A stretch of 64,000 nt of DNA from the human T2T-CHM13v2.0 reference genome, Homo sapiens, in assembly GCF_009914755.1 (NCBI RefSeq), contig NC_060941.1; one strand, written 5' to 3'. A program made the translations under genes and the position numbers. Shown in pieces: positions 13,991 to 29,578 of the stretch. Position 1 is the first letter of the stretch; every line of letters begins with the position of its first letter. Under the pieces are notes generated by a model. It was not told the origin of the DNA and did not search any database. It was given only the letters and a program-made list of their open reading frames with translations.

Positions 13991-16900
13991 GTATTGCTTT
14001 TATAGTAGAAAAATCTCTAATAAATATTATTAAAAATAATAAATACTGTTAAAACAAACATAATATGAGCTAATTGATCAAAAACAAATCCAGAAAATAT
14101 AATTAGAATCTACCATTGGAATAAAGTATGTAAGGGCTTTGGCTTCCGATGCCCTAACATTACATCACGTTATCCAATGCCATAATTTCTGATGTTGTTG
14201 CCAAGTGCTTTTTTTTTTTTTTACAGAATCACACATAATTAGTAGCTAACTATATATATCGTTCTTTGAGAGTCTAAAGAATATCATTCACTCTAGAGCT
14301 TGTAAATATTTCATTCAATTGATTTGCTTGATCAGACCACACCAATTAAAAGCAAACTGCATATGTCTCCCAAACTCAGTTCAGGGGAAGGGGCTCCTCT
14401 AGTTGCCTCCTGTGAGGTTTCCTAATTTAAGTCAGTCCCTGTTTTACTACACATGGTGAAGTCGTGTTATCTCTTTGGACTATACCATCATCTAAACTCA
14501 CACAAAAGCACGAGGGGCTGTAATCCCTCATTCCACAAAACCCCAAGTTAACCAAAGTTGTCACACATAGATCTGGAAAGATGGCAAACTCTTTAAAGAT
14601 AATAGCAACTGTCTAAAAGGATAACAAAACATTGTTTTGAGCAAAACGAAACAAAACAAAAACAAAAAGCCAGGTCCTAGTGAACTATTAAGAGGAAATT
14701 TTCATTTAAAGATGAGACTTTGTGAAGGGAGATTTCAAAATTCCTGAGTCCCACCTCTAGAGAAATTTCCCCCTGTTGCTTATACTTTGAAATAAAAAGG
14801 CCACTAGAAGAACCCTGTCTTCTTCTGTCAGCGTGATTCACGTTCCAGCATTTGCAATGAAGATGAGCCTTTCCTGACTAGATCTCAGGAAGACAACCAT
14901 GAAGGCAAACTGACAACCTGTGCTTCTGCTGTCAGAGATCTGCACATCAATCAATAAGACTCCATATGGCATCTGTTTTCAGTGATCATGTCACTTACCA
15001 TCAACATCACATTAAATCCTTGCGGTAAAAATGGGTTCTTTCCCCCATATTCACAAGCGAGTGATCTCTGATTTCATCCCCAGGCCTCTCGCTTGGGGAA
15101 GAGAGCACAGTGCAACAGTGTCTCCTGCCGCCTGTTAGCGTGGTGACACGCGTGCATGGGAGGGGCTCTCCCTCCTGAAAAGGAATGAAGACTTAATCCT
15201 CCACCAGACTTGACTTCATTCCAGTGTGTACTTTCTCTACATTCAAATAAAATGGGCTTTGAATTTCACATTGCTCATTTCTAAGTGTAAGAATATCATT
15301 ATCTCTGGTTTTAGAGCTCTTCTATTATTTAGCAACTTCTCATATCCTTTTGATGTTTCACATGTTCACTCCCATACTGGCCCACTCATCACTCCTGCCC
15401 TCCCCTCAAAAAAAGCAATACAAGATAGCTAGTTAAACCTGGAGTACACTTATATCAACAGAAGAGTCCAAATTTAAATGCCAGAGAGAAAATGACTGGT
15501 GTCAGGATATAACCTCATGGTTTTACAGGTTTTGGCATAGTGTTCAGGGGGAAGTCATGCTGGAGGGGTGCCACTGAACCCCTCCAGTACAAGTTGGTCT
15601 TTTAGTATTATTTCAGATCCTCGATGGAAGAAAAATGCATGTCTGGGAGCAATCACACTCAAGCATACATCTTCCTGTCATGCAATTTTGTGAATCCAAA
15701 GTGATAAAAAGAAGTTGTGACTTTTGACATTACTGAATAAATCCCGAGGTACTGTTTGAATCAATCAGGTTACTTCTTCCTCTGAAATAAATTCAGTATG
15801 TTTACACTCTTACCATATGTCAAAAGAATGCATTTGGAAATCTCATGAATTAGCTCACTTATTTAAAAAAAAAAAAAAAAAGCAGGGTAGGGAGAACTCA
15901 TGTAGAAAACTGCATCATGTTTGCCCACCCCCTCCACATTTCTGGTCATTCTCTAAGATTTGCCCCTGGGGAATGCCTGGCTTTTATTGTCTCTTGTTTG
16001 GGGAATATTTGACAAGCAAGATTGCACCCATCTTAGATGCTAACGAAATGGCCTTTGAGTGCAGGGATAGTTAATGTTACGTATGTGTTCAGAGTTACCT
16101 AAGGAAGAGCAACTCCCTCCCCTAGTCTCAAACCAGCTACAGTGCTGAGGTCGTATGGATGCAAGATGAAATCATAGTCTGTTAACGCCTCCCATTACTT
16201 AAGAAGCAAAATAGCCCATTGCTCTAAGATTGATCTGGCTTTCTACCTCTCTACTCTGATCTGTAGCAATTATTGTTTATTTTGGCCTGTAATCACATCC
16301 AATCTTGAATTCTTCCCTAATTGTTCCAGAAGTACCTCTCTTGCCTCTGGAACAGAACTAACTTATTTAAGGATATCTTAAACTTGCCACAGTCCCTCCA
16401 GCCCAGTGTACCCTCATTAAAATGACTTGAAATTTCTCTCTTTGTCTTAGAAATCTCAGTGACAACACACACATTTTAAAAAGTGTTGTAAGAATCAATT
16501 CATTAATATTTGTGCAGCACTTCAGAAATTTAAAGCCCCAAGCATTGTAGTTGGATAGCAACTTAGTAAGATAATTAGCCAACCACTTCTAACTTGAAAC
16601 TGTGTAAGTATGGACATGTTTTACCTCTGAGTATTTTATTCTTTCTTCCTTTTATTGGCTTAAGCATAATACTACACATTCTGATGACTCAATTTGAGTG
16701 AAAGAAAAAGAGGCGTTTTTAGTTTGAATAAGAATTACCTTACCATTTAGCAGCATTATTTTCTTTCGGTATACAGAATGTTTTTCATTTTCATCCACAA
16801 TTTTTAATGCCCTGAGCAGAAAGACTATTAAAGGTAAACACCTGAACTTATCCTCTAGTTTAGGAAGGCATTTGATCACGAGTTTTGTTTTGCATTTGAA

Positions 16901-18609
16901 CCAGGACACTCTTTAACTTGACAACCCCTCCTAGAGTGGAAAGAGACTACTATTGATTTTTCTTATACACAGTTAAACTTTCCATTATGTGTCCTATTAA
17001 TAATTATATTTGCTTTTGTGGTGTGTACTGGCTCCTGACCTCTGAGCTCAGACCATTATAATCTTCTCTAAATACATAACCTTTGAGATCCATTCCCCAA
17101 AGACCTGCTGGGAGAGATTTCCTGCCATTTTTCTAACATTCCAGGACCCAAGCATACAGTGAAAATATAAATTTGTTTTAAAGCAAAAATTAGAATAAAA
17201 TAATAATTAGAAGCCAGCTAAAATTCATAAAATGTTTAAATGCATTTACTAATCATTTTTTTTCTGGCAAGATGTGGTGTTAAAGCCATAAATAACTCTT
17301 AGCCTAAACTGTTTTGAAGACAAGAAAGCAACAAATAAGTGAAATAATAACTTCAAATCAATAATAGAAAACAATAGAAAAAATCATTTGAAATAAAGGA
17401 TTATTTTTTAAATAAAAAGTTATTAAATTTCATTTACTTGGCTGAGTACTATCATTAATATTACTCTTAGGGGAGAGTTCATTTCATTTTTGCATCCTCA
17501 ATGCTTAACAAAATGCCTACAACAATGAAGGCACTCAATAAATATTTAACAAATGAGTGAGAGAATAAATGAATGAATGGCTAAATGGCCAACATTTGCT
17601 TACCACTGATGTTCAGTTTACAGATGTATTTGAAACAAATATCTGGAAGGCAAACAAATAATCAGAAACCAAACATCTTTAACCTGGATTCCTTGAAACT
17701 AACCTTAGAATTCATTTGAGAATAAGGATTTGAGAGCAGGCTCAGTTGAAGAAGTTATTGTGCAAGAGAGAAAAAGGCAGAATCTCAGGTATTTGGATGT
17801 CTCTAAGTAAATCCTTAGAGAGGTTAAAGTTGGTGGACTTTATTGCCAATAATACTTAACTTTTTGTTCTGAATAATTTCTAATATTATTTCACAAACTT
17901 CATTCAGGTCTATATTTATGCAAATAATATTTACAGGTAAAGGATCATATTATTTTTCTGAAGTGTATTTAATTTTTAAAATAATAGCCACAGGGGAAGC
18001 TGATCTTGCTGAGAGAGAACACATTTGGACTTCTTATTGGGATCAGGGTCAAGAATATGCCCAGAAGTGTGTTCATTGAGGGCAATACAGAAAATATTGG
18101 CATATGTTATCCATTTGGGAACAACTATACGTATCTGCATTGACATCGAGCAATTTGTTAGACCCAGAGGCAAGATTCTAAATGATGTACTACAAACAAG
18201 GCAAAAATAAGAAAACGGTTTAAAAAGCACATCATTAGATTCAGAATACATATACTACACCCAGCTAGTTCAAACAGAAAACACACCACCTTGTGGAATG
18301 AAAGATAAATGCTTTACTATGTTCTGCCACTTATGAATGATGTCATCACTGTGATTACATGAAGAAGAAACTTCTTAGCTCCAGATGGTCACCATTCCCT
18401 GTCTCTGGTAGCCCTGGTATTCATAAGTAAGTATAATTTTTGTTGAATTCAATTGTATAAAAACACACTGCCTTTTTTCACTGATATGAGTGGATGAGCA
18501 CACTGTTTTATTACTCTCTCAGCCTTCATTAATGGTTTTTCTATAGAATTTATTGTTTTAGTATAGTAATCACTAGCTTTGCCTAGATAATAAGAATAGG
18601 CTTTTAAAC

Positions 18610-18980
18610 TTTTTTTAGAGAGAGACAGGCTCTTGCTCTGTTGCCCAGGCTGGAGTGCAGTGACATGTTCACAGCTCATTGCAACCTTGAACTCCTGGGC
18701 TCAAGCGATCCTCCTGCCTAAGCCTCCCAAACAGCTGGGAGTACAGGCACGTGCTACCAGTCCCCATCTCCAACAATGGGGAATACATTTCAACATGAGA
18801 TTTGGAAGGGACAAACATCCAAACCATATCACCCAGATAATTTTTTTATTTTTATTTTTTGTAACAATGGGGTCTCGCTGTGTTGCCCAGGCTGCTCTTG
18901 AACTCCTGGCCTCAAGTGATCCTCATGCCTCGGCCTCCCAAAGTGCTGGGATTATAGGCTTGAGCCACTGTGCATGGCCC
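18610..18980 (-). mobile_element. AluJ interrupted by an MST LTR fragment
   Basis: Both Alu monomers are present, with a non-Alu insert at about 18758-18831. Confidence 0.88.
18758..18831 (-). mobile_element. 5' terminal about 70 bp of an MST (ERVL-MaLR) LTR
   Basis: The minus strand reads TGATATGGTTTGGATGTTTGTCCCTTCCAAATCTCATGTTGAAATG...TGTTGGAGATGGGGAC, the MSTA/MSTB LTR start. Confidence 0.85.
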
Positions 18981-20318
18981 AGAATAGACTTTTAGAAACC
19001 TCTTTTCTATTAGTTTCCAAGAGGGGTCAGAGATTTTTTTTTTTATGTTTATTAAACTTTATGGCATTCAAACAAAGACACTGTTTTTACTTCCTACATG
19101 TGTGATGTTAGGTACCAACTAATTAATGTGGAAAGAAAAGAGTCGTAATTCCTGTCTGTTAATGTTCATATACTAAATACATAACTCAAGCCTAACTATT
19201 CCCAAGATACTATAGAGTTTAGAAACCATGTGGTTCAACACCTTCATTTTTAAAATTAGGAAATTGAGGCCTAGAAAGGTTAAGCAAATCATCTAAAATT
19301 ACACTATCAGTAAATGGTTAAGCCCAGATCCCAGGCCTTCTACATAGCCTAGTGCATTTTCTACCGTATGACACAATATTGCTTAGAAGTTGAGTGAATT
19401 TTACATGAACTTGCCAAACAGTAAAATTCATTATGTTTAGCAACTATGCTACTTACTCAAAAGCTACCAATCCCTCATTATTTTTATATTTCACATCTTA
19501 AAAATGATGCTGAAGTTTCACTCTGATGAAAATAAAGCTATTTTATCCACTTCCTAAATGTGATATTTAAAAAACATGCATTTTACTTTGAGATTTGCTT
19601 TGTTGTATACATATTTTTAAAACTAAGATAATGGAAACACTTCTGATTTTTCCATTAGCTATAAAAGCAATGTATTTGCTTCAAGATGAGAAAACAATGT
19701 ATGTATTTAATCTGTTGCACATAAGAATTCTGCCAGACACTTGACTGGTCCACATTACATGAGTTTGATGACAGCTATCTTGCAATTTCTAATTGAGGGA
19801 GCTTTAAGTAATGTGCTAAAGCCATGTTCAGCGTGTGTAGCAATGAAGAAGCCCAGATACTAGAGAGAAATTGTTCACTGGAGCTGTTAATAGAACCCAA
19901 ATTCCAGTTTGTAAGGCTGCCAGCTGCAACCCACTTGTGATAAACCATATGAAAAGGAACAGATGAACAGATGAATCTGATACAAATGATTTATATGAGA
20001 ACGCAGAAATCTGCTATTGAAAGTTCACACTAGCTGATTTAAAACAAAAACAACAAATACATCTGTCTATCCTTTTTGCACTATTACATTAAAATAAGAA
20101 CAGGCAACCTAAGCAAAAACTTGTCAGTATCCTAAAAATATGTAACGTTGAGCACATTTATTAATAACTTCCTTCTTTTGAAAGTTTTTTAAATGGAATT
20201 AGAATACCATTTGTATCGTTTCCTTTATTTAAAAATGGGTGCAAAATTCAGAAAAAGCATTTATTGTAATAATTCATAGATGGCAAACAAAATGTTCTAT
20301 ATTCCTAGATGAGTCTTA

Positions 20319-20675
<357 letters not shown>

Positions 20676-21489
20676 TTAAAGTACATATTTGTCAGCGAGG
20701 AAAAGAAATGATCATATCAAGTTACTAAAGTTGACTTGGACTAATCTATGTTTTCATTTAACTCATACTTTTTTTTTTTAAGCTGTGGACAATTTAAAGC
20801 AAGAATTTTCAATCTATGGATTTTGACCCATTTATTGGGTTCTGACTAGAATTTTAAAAATTGAAATAGATATAACGGCAAAGGTACATTTGACACAGTG
20901 AAGATAGCAACTTTGGGTCTTAAGATCAAATGTATTTCTTAATGTGAATCATGGTTAAAAGTTCAAAAAACGATGATTTAGAGTAAAACAAGTATAAAAA
21001 TCATTGCTAGTTTTCTTCAACATTTTGTGCATGTTTCTCTTCTTGGGTTTCTTTCTTGATAATCCTTAGCCCTTTTATAACTAATTATCACATCCTGGAA
21101 TTTATTTTCCACACTTAAAGCTTTACAGATGTAAGGAAGAAATGTGTAGACTAACAGACAACGAAGAAATATGTGGCCAAATCTCCCTAGAAATCAATTT
21201 ATTTTTAGTAAATCGCTAGGAGTCAAGACATCTAAATATCTTTTCTATAATTGTCATAAGACCTTGTACAAGTCCTGTTCTGATTATTTCCCTGGTGTAT
21301 TTGGTGAGAATAATTATTCCTGCTACTAAATCACTTTGCAGAAACCTTGGAAAATTAGTATTAGTAGACTAATCATATTGTAAGCTGCTCTGACCAAAAT
21401 ATCGGATAAATACATGGATAAAAAGAGGCCTGCTAACATACCAATTTGAGGCTCCTAATAATTCTCCTCTTTGCATGTTTTCTTTATTT

Positions 21490-21795
21490 TTATTTTTACT
21501 TTTTTTTTTTTTTTGAAACAAGGTCTTGCTCTGTCACTCAGGCTGGAGCGCAGTGGTACAATCAAAGCTCACTGCAGCCTTGACCTCCCAGCCTCAAGCA
21601 ATCCTCCCATCTCAGCCTCCCAAGTAGCTGGTACTACAGGTGCATGCCACCACCCCCGTCCAATTTTTATATTTTTTGTAGAGATGGGGTTTTGCCATGT
21701 TGCCCAGGCTTGTCTCAAACTCCTGGGCTCAACTGATCCTCCCACCTAGGCCTCTCAAAGAGCGGGGATTAGAGGTATGAGCCACCACACCTGGA
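21490..21795 (-). mobile_element. AluJ
   Basis: Alu similarity. Confidence 0.88.
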
Positions 21796-23614
21796 CGTTT
21801 TCTTTCTAATTATTTCTTATATCCTTTGAAATATTTATCTTAGGTAAGTTTTTTTTCATGTGTTTACCCTCCTCATTACAATATAAGAGGATCTTCGAGA
21901 ATAGAGGATGGCTTATAAAATTCTATATTATTTTTCGGGCCCAGAAAAGATCTCTATGAGCAGAGGTGACTCAAGAGATGCTTATAATACTAATTAAATA
22001 AATCATGATGAATGGCAAGGGATAGACAAAGAATTAAAATTAATGATGAGCTAGAAACAGACTCTACTGACCTTAAAATAAACTCTATGAAGTCCAACGC
22101 ACAAGGAGATGAGGTTAAAGCATGCTAACTTGTAAACAGGTAGAAAAATGGATTCACAGATTTTCATGACACAAGACTTTACTAATTTATTTAGCTGGAT
22201 GCTTCCCTATCACTGGGCACTAAAGACTCTTGTGTCATAGTCTTTTTGCTACTATTAAGCCAGAAAACAGAGATAATGTGCCAGCCTACCTACACAAGAC
22301 GAATCATATTTCTCTCCAAGAACCTCAACAAGGGCACCTAGTTAAAGGTGGTAACTGAATTTGGTTCCATCTACATAATGGCATAATCAAGACAGAGAAA
22401 TGATAAAAATATTATGACAGCTGATGCATTCCCTAGAGACTGACAGAGTCCAGTAGCAAGGTCCAGATCCACACTGGAGTCTGTACTTGAACAAGATACA
22501 GATATCAGATTTAGTAACTAGAAATATTCCATCGACCCTCATCCCCACCCCACCCTTCCCCATAACAGACTCAATTATCAAGTGGCAAGAAAAATTCTCC
22601 ATAGGGAAGCTTGGTGCCTTCCTTCAAGAACGTGCCTGCCATTCTACAAGAAGTAAAAATCATGGAAAATTAGTTTCCACGGGGAAGATCATCTGAGAAG
22701 GATGGGCAGTAACAACTTAGGGGGCAATGAAGTTAGAAGGTTGGCATAGCTCTTCAAGGAATGTCAAGACCATGGCCAGAAAATGCTCAACATTATAGTA
22801 AAAAGTTGAGGGAAATGTACCCAACAGAAAACTTTGATGCTCATTTTGAAGAAGGTAAAGCTGCCAGAAGACTGAGACACTGCTGAAAAAATGGGCACAA
22901 AAAGAATTACAGTGGTAGAGTTGGGATCTAAAAATGTACCATTTTTGCATATGAGAGTAGCCTTGTTCCACTTCATTACTTAATTTGAGTGAAGTGGAAA
23001 GAACATGGGCTTTGGAATCATGTAGACCATGAGTTCTCAGTCTAGCTCTTTTAATTGAGAGATCTATGATAATGAGTATCATCAACCTTTCTTAGCTTTG
23101 TGTTCTAAAATGAAAAGTAACACCTGCATATTAAGTGCTTAGCTTAGCATAATTTCTAGCACATTGTGGGGGATCTAAGTGAGATCTATTATTGCTGCTT
23201 TTAATAGATTTATTTCTGCAGTTCTGTTCTTGCCCACGATTTCCCTTGTGACCGTTAATACATATTTCGAGGCTTCTGACAAGAGCGTGAAGGCACCATC
23301 TGTGCCATGAACCTTGGACTCACTCATTAACTTCAGTGAACAGAGCCAACCCAATCTCACAGTGGTGGGTACCCTGGAGAACTATCTTAGTTGGCAAAGG
23401 ATTATCTACATTTCATAACATTTTGTTGGAGGTAGTTGAAGTAGGTGGGCTAAAGTAACTTTGTTTTGTGGTGACCTGTGGTCAAATTATGATGATCAAT
23501 AATTTGCATATTGTTGTAAGTATTCACAACAATGAAGATGATAAGTAACAATTACTTCTAATTTATGGTCTCTACTATATTATGCTTTTGCTGAAGCTTG
23601 AAGAAAGCTCATAT

Positions 23615-24080
23615 GTACATAGACGGTGTGTCTAAAAGAAACACGATTTTTAAAAAATGTCTGACTGTATACATCAAATGAGCAATACCTCCTACAAAGG
23701 AGCTCCCTTGGGAAGCTATACAAACATTGTTAACAATCCTGCATTAGATCAAAACACTTTTGGAACTTCTTTATTGGAATTGCCTTATGACCTAGTTTAT
23801 GAGCCATATAGAAAACTCAGTCTCATTAATTTATAGTCACACATAATTAATTTTTCACCTCTGGTGGAGTTACCCAGCTTGATCACCCATTTTGGCTCTG
23901 AATGATTTTGCTGCTTCCAAAATAAAATCCAATCTCAAAGTGTGAGTATTTGCCACTATCTAGAGTGTTTAGGAGAACATATCACATGTTATGAAGGCAA
24001 TTCCAAAAAGAACTCCAGAATTTCAGATTCTGGAATAACATATCTCATGGCAGTGAGTTTGCTGAGGGCAACTCTCCTCT
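23615..24080 (+). mobile_element. MARNA (ancient Tc1/mariner relic)
   Basis: TTGGCTCTGAATGATTTTGCTGCTTCCAAAATAAAATCCAATCTCAAAG...ATTTGCCACTAT...GAAGGCAATTCCAAAA resembles the MARNA consensus as I recall it. Confidence 0.7.
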
Positions 24081-25446
24081 GCACAGCAAGTTGTATTTAA
24101 TAGTATATTTGATTTTAAAACTATTCATCCAACAAACAATTATTGAGGGCTAGCTATTGTCAATTTGTTCTTTCATTCATTTGCTTAACAATTATTTACT
24201 GAGTCCCTATTACTCTATAGGAACTGGGCTAGGAACCCAGCAGTGAATAGGAAAGACATGGCCACTATTCTTGCAGAGACTTCATCCAATTAAGAAGACA
24301 AATACTAAACAGCAAAGAGAGGCGTAATGAGAACATATTTCAGAGAGACCTAAGCTAGTCTAGGGATTAGGGTAAACTTTCCTGAGGAAATGATTTTGAA
24401 GCCGAGATTTGAAAGATGACTAGGAATGTTCCAGGTAGAGGGAACAGCATGTGTAAACGCTTGAGGGCAAGGGAGTGTGATGTTGCAGGAACTGAAAGAC
24501 GTTCAGTATGACCAGAGCATTTAGGGGAATAGCAGAAAACTGTCAGAGGCCAGACCATACAAGGCCTAATAAGCCACATGAAGAATTCAGACTATTTCAG
24601 TTGCTCATACAGTAAAGAAGGGATATGCAACTCTGGTTGCAGAATGGATCGGACAGAAGAGAGACTGGAGGTAGAGAGACGGTTTAGTAGGTTATTAGGA
24701 AAATCTGGGAGAGGATGATGGCAGTAGAGACACAGAGAGGTGCATGAATCTGAGAAATGCTCAGGAGGCAGTAGCAATAGGACTTGAAGATTTACTGGGT
24801 GCCAGAGATTTTAAAGGATAGGGAAGAGCTAAGGATGAGTATCGAGTAGCTGGTTTGGGAATGAAGGGTATGATGGTGACTTTCACTGAGCTGGGGACAC
24901 TGGAGAAGGAGCTCTAGTCATCCGGTAGAGGAGAGATGATGAGTATACTTCTGGCTATCCTGTGATTGAGGTGCCGGGAGAGTATCCAAGGAAAGACGGT
25001 AAGTAGGTGGCTGGATATCCAAATCTGTGTCTTAGGACAAAGATGGGACTGAAACTATTTGAGGATCATCAGCAAGAGAAATGAATCTGATCACCTATGT
25101 TGAGTGTGCAGAGTGAAAAGAACACAAGGCCTTGGAAAGACCCCTGAGATGCACTAATATTTAAGAACTGGGTAGAAGAAAAGATGACCACAAAGGAAAC
25201 TGAAGAATAAGCCAGGGAAGAAGGTAGATCCGGAGAGTACGGCACTTGGAGACCAAAAAAAGAGAGCATTTCTTTTCTTTTCTTTTTCCAGCAAGAAGTC
25301 ATAACTTTATTTATGATAGAAACAGTACAAATTTCAAACCAAGCTGCAGTTACTCCTTTGAGACACCAAAAAAAGTTGCTTTCAGATGGTTACACTGTTA
25401 ATTCCATAATCGCATTTACAATATCATTACTGTTGTTCTTCAGAGC

Positions 25447-26172
<726 letters not shown>

Positions 26173-27817
26173 TCAAGTTGGAATGGAAAAGGATCTATTG
26201 GATTTAGAGACTGTAAGTTACGCGGTCTGAGTGGTGCGGTGTGAGTGGCACTTGGGAATTGGTTAATGGTCAGTTCCTTGAAAAAATGACTAAATTGGGG
26301 AATCATTTTTTAAAATTTACATTATTTAACATGCTGTTTTAACTGAAAACATATCACTGTACTTTTATTTGCCAATCTTTTGATAGGAGCCGTAAACCTT
26401 TCTTTGAGTATTATCTGTTTATTGGAATTCAGCCTCGGTTTTCTCACATAAATCATATCTATAAAGGTATTGTCTATCATTCCCTGTTTTAGTTTATTTA
26501 AAATAGACCAAGAACTCAAAGGTGCTCATGAAGCAATCTGAACGCAGAATCCTAGATATGTATGGTTTCCCTTGATCTTTTCTTGCTCCCCCAATGAATG
26601 GAAAATTGTAAATGTTTCCAAACCATTCAATTTAATTTGCACAGAAACAACTATTTTATTTTTTCTATTTATATTTCATATAACAGTTATATAATGAGTT
26701 TACGTAATAATCAGTTAAATTACATAATTATAGTAATAAGAATACCCAGCATAAATAGGTTAAATAAACACAACTGATTCTTGGTAAGCCTATAACTGTA
26801 TAGAGAAAACAAAAAATCCATAGAAAAGAAAACCAAAAAACAAAAATCCGCGTATGTACTAGGCAGTAGCACGTTAGCTATAGAGTGTGCCGTTGGCTTC
26901 CACCAATATGTTTCACGAAGGCAACAGAGAGTATCAGTCAATTTGCATTATGTTGGCTAAATATACGTTAAGAGAGTTTTTGCTTTAGTTACAGGGGATG
27001 ACTCAGAAGGCAGTTAGATTGCAGTGGGCTGAGAAGTAGGAATTGAAGAAATGGAAAGATTGGATTAGATCAGAGTACTCTTATAAGAAGTTTAACTGTG
27101 CGGGAGGAGACAGTGCAGTAGCTGAAGACATAATTATAGTTGGCGGATAGGTAAACACATATTCTTCCTAAGAAGAGACCTGAGCATGTTTAAATTCTAA
27201 AAGGAGTAGTTAAATACAAATGAAAGAGGGAAGTTGATCAGTCAAGGTTCTGAGGAGCCAGGAATGAAATCCATGGCACAAGTAGAACGACTAATCTTGA
27301 ATAGCAGGAAAGGCATCCTTTTCATTGTAATAGGAGGAAAGAAGAAAAATATGGATTTGGGTGCAAGCAGATTTTTAGGTTTGGCAGCACGATGTCAAAG
27401 GAGTTCCCATCTGGTAACATTTATTTTTTTTTTTTTCTAAGAGGCTAGAGGAGCTGTCTGCTGAGAGTGAGGGGAAGGCAAGAGAGTTAAAGGTTTATGT
27501 ATGATGGAAAAGATTTGGAATAGGTGCTGCATAGAAGGAAGAAAATGATCACTAAAGAAGCACAATAGGGTAGTAATTCAGTATTGAGGTCCTAGCTGAG
27601 ATAGGCAAATACTGTGCTATATGCTGGGTTGAGCAGGTTAAATGGGAGGAACATGCAAAGATAGGTAAGACACAGTTTCTGTTCATCAAATGAGAAAGAG
27701 AGACATATAAACAAACCACTTAAAAAGAACAGAAGATATAAATTGTGGCATATTGTGAAAATTAGTAAACTAGGTTGCACACAACCACATTAATAAATCT
27801 TAGAAAACTTAATATTG

Positions 27818-28132
<315 letters not shown>

Positions 28133-28252
28133 TTATCATAAAAGTCAGATCATGATTACCTCTAGGAGAAAAGAGAGGAGTGTGATCAGAAAGGGACATA
28201 AAGAGGACTTTTGGGGTGCTAGTGATGTTCTAGTTTTTGACCTGGATAATGG

Positions 28253-28776
28253 TGTATTTAGTTGCAGCTCAATCAGGGAAGAAGAACCTCTTTGGGTCAT
28301 AGGATAAGGGATTTATTATAGGAATTAGACCTTACATGACTGTGGGAGGAGCTGGGGAAGTAACGTCTCAAGAGGAAGTTGGAGGACCAGTGGAGTCACC
28401 AACTGATCCAGCTGAGAAACCAAGCGCATCCAGCTGCCAAAATGAGACTGCACAGATTCCTTTGGCTGCCGAAGGAGTCTGTGGGAAGCTGTTGCTTCTT
28501 TGGGTCTGCAGCCAAACATCTGGTCATGAGCCTGGGACCGCTGTTGGGGAGGAGAGTTGCGTGTGGCACAGGGAAGAGCAAGGACACCTGGACCCTGTGA
28601 GACCTCTGCGTCTCTCTGTATCCACACCCACCACAGCAACTTGCAGAGAGAAGGGCTGCTGCTTCACCTCTGTCTCCCAGATCTCACACAGGCTGCTTTT
28701 TTGGCCATGCACAGAAGGGGACTCTGGGAAACACAGTTCCCAGGTTAATCAATTTGAAATAAAATGATCCAGCGCA
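28253..28776 (-). mobile_element. ERVL-class solo LTR (MLT2F/LTR52-like)
   Basis: GGATTTATTATAGGAATTAGACCTTAC near one end and GGGACTCTGGGAAACACAGTTCC near the other. Confidence 0.6.
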
Positions 28777-29275
28777 GGTGGTTAAATGAGTTTGACTTTG
28801 TAATTATCCATGAAAATGTGCATTTACAGTTCTGACATTATTATAATTTATAAAAAGACTTTCAGTTAATCAATCAGTAAAAGAACAGGCATGGCATTTC
28901 AGGGGCCATGTATGATATGTTCCCATAGTGTTACTAGAGTATGTTTTTAAAAAGTGCTATGAAGCTAAAGAGACAGCTCTGCCTGGGGGCATCAGGAAAG
29001 TTTTCATAGAAAAGGAGACATTTCAACATAGTAATAAAAATAGCTACCATTTATTGACCACTTACTATGTATCAGACATTATAATATGCTCGTACTTCAT
29101 ATAATTTTTACAACAATCCTATTAGCTAGACATTATACTTCCAATTTTTCAGATAAAGAAACTGAGGTCCAGATAAATAAATTAACTTGCCCAATCTAAC
29201 AAGAAACAGATCAGAAATTTGAAATACCTCTAGTTTACTCCAACCACGCGGAGCCACTACTTCCATTTGAGTCTC

Positions 29276-29578
29276 TTTTTTTTTTTTTTTTGAGACAGAA
29301 TCTCACTCTGTCACCCAGGCTGGAGTGCGGTGGTGCCATTATGACTCACTGCAGCCTTGACTTCTCAGGCTTAAGCAATCCTCTCACCTCAGCCTCTCAA
29401 GCAGCTAGGACTACCAGCCCTTGCCACCATGCCCAATTAATGTTTTGTATTTTGTTTTTGTAGAGATGGGGTCCCACTGTGTTACCCAGGCTGATCTTGA
29501 ACTCCTGGGCTCAAGCGATCCTCCTGCTTTGGCCTCCTAAAGTGCTGGGGTTACAAGCATGAGCCACTGGGCCTGGCC
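29276..29578 (-). mobile_element. AluJ
   Basis: Alu similarity; see the finding on its displaced TSD. Confidence 0.9.

Noticed and set aside
18283-18298. CTCF-like CCACAAGGTGGTG on the minus strand
   Set aside because: A single imperfect motif match; untestable without ChIP data.
19690-20070. Exon-like unique stretch with a minus-strand pyrimidine tract and AG
   Set aside because: No long ORF in the track and no matching donor I can defend.
28325-28767. Overlapping ORFs in several frames
   Set aside because: They lie within a GC-richer LTR relic and show no recognisable protein similarity.
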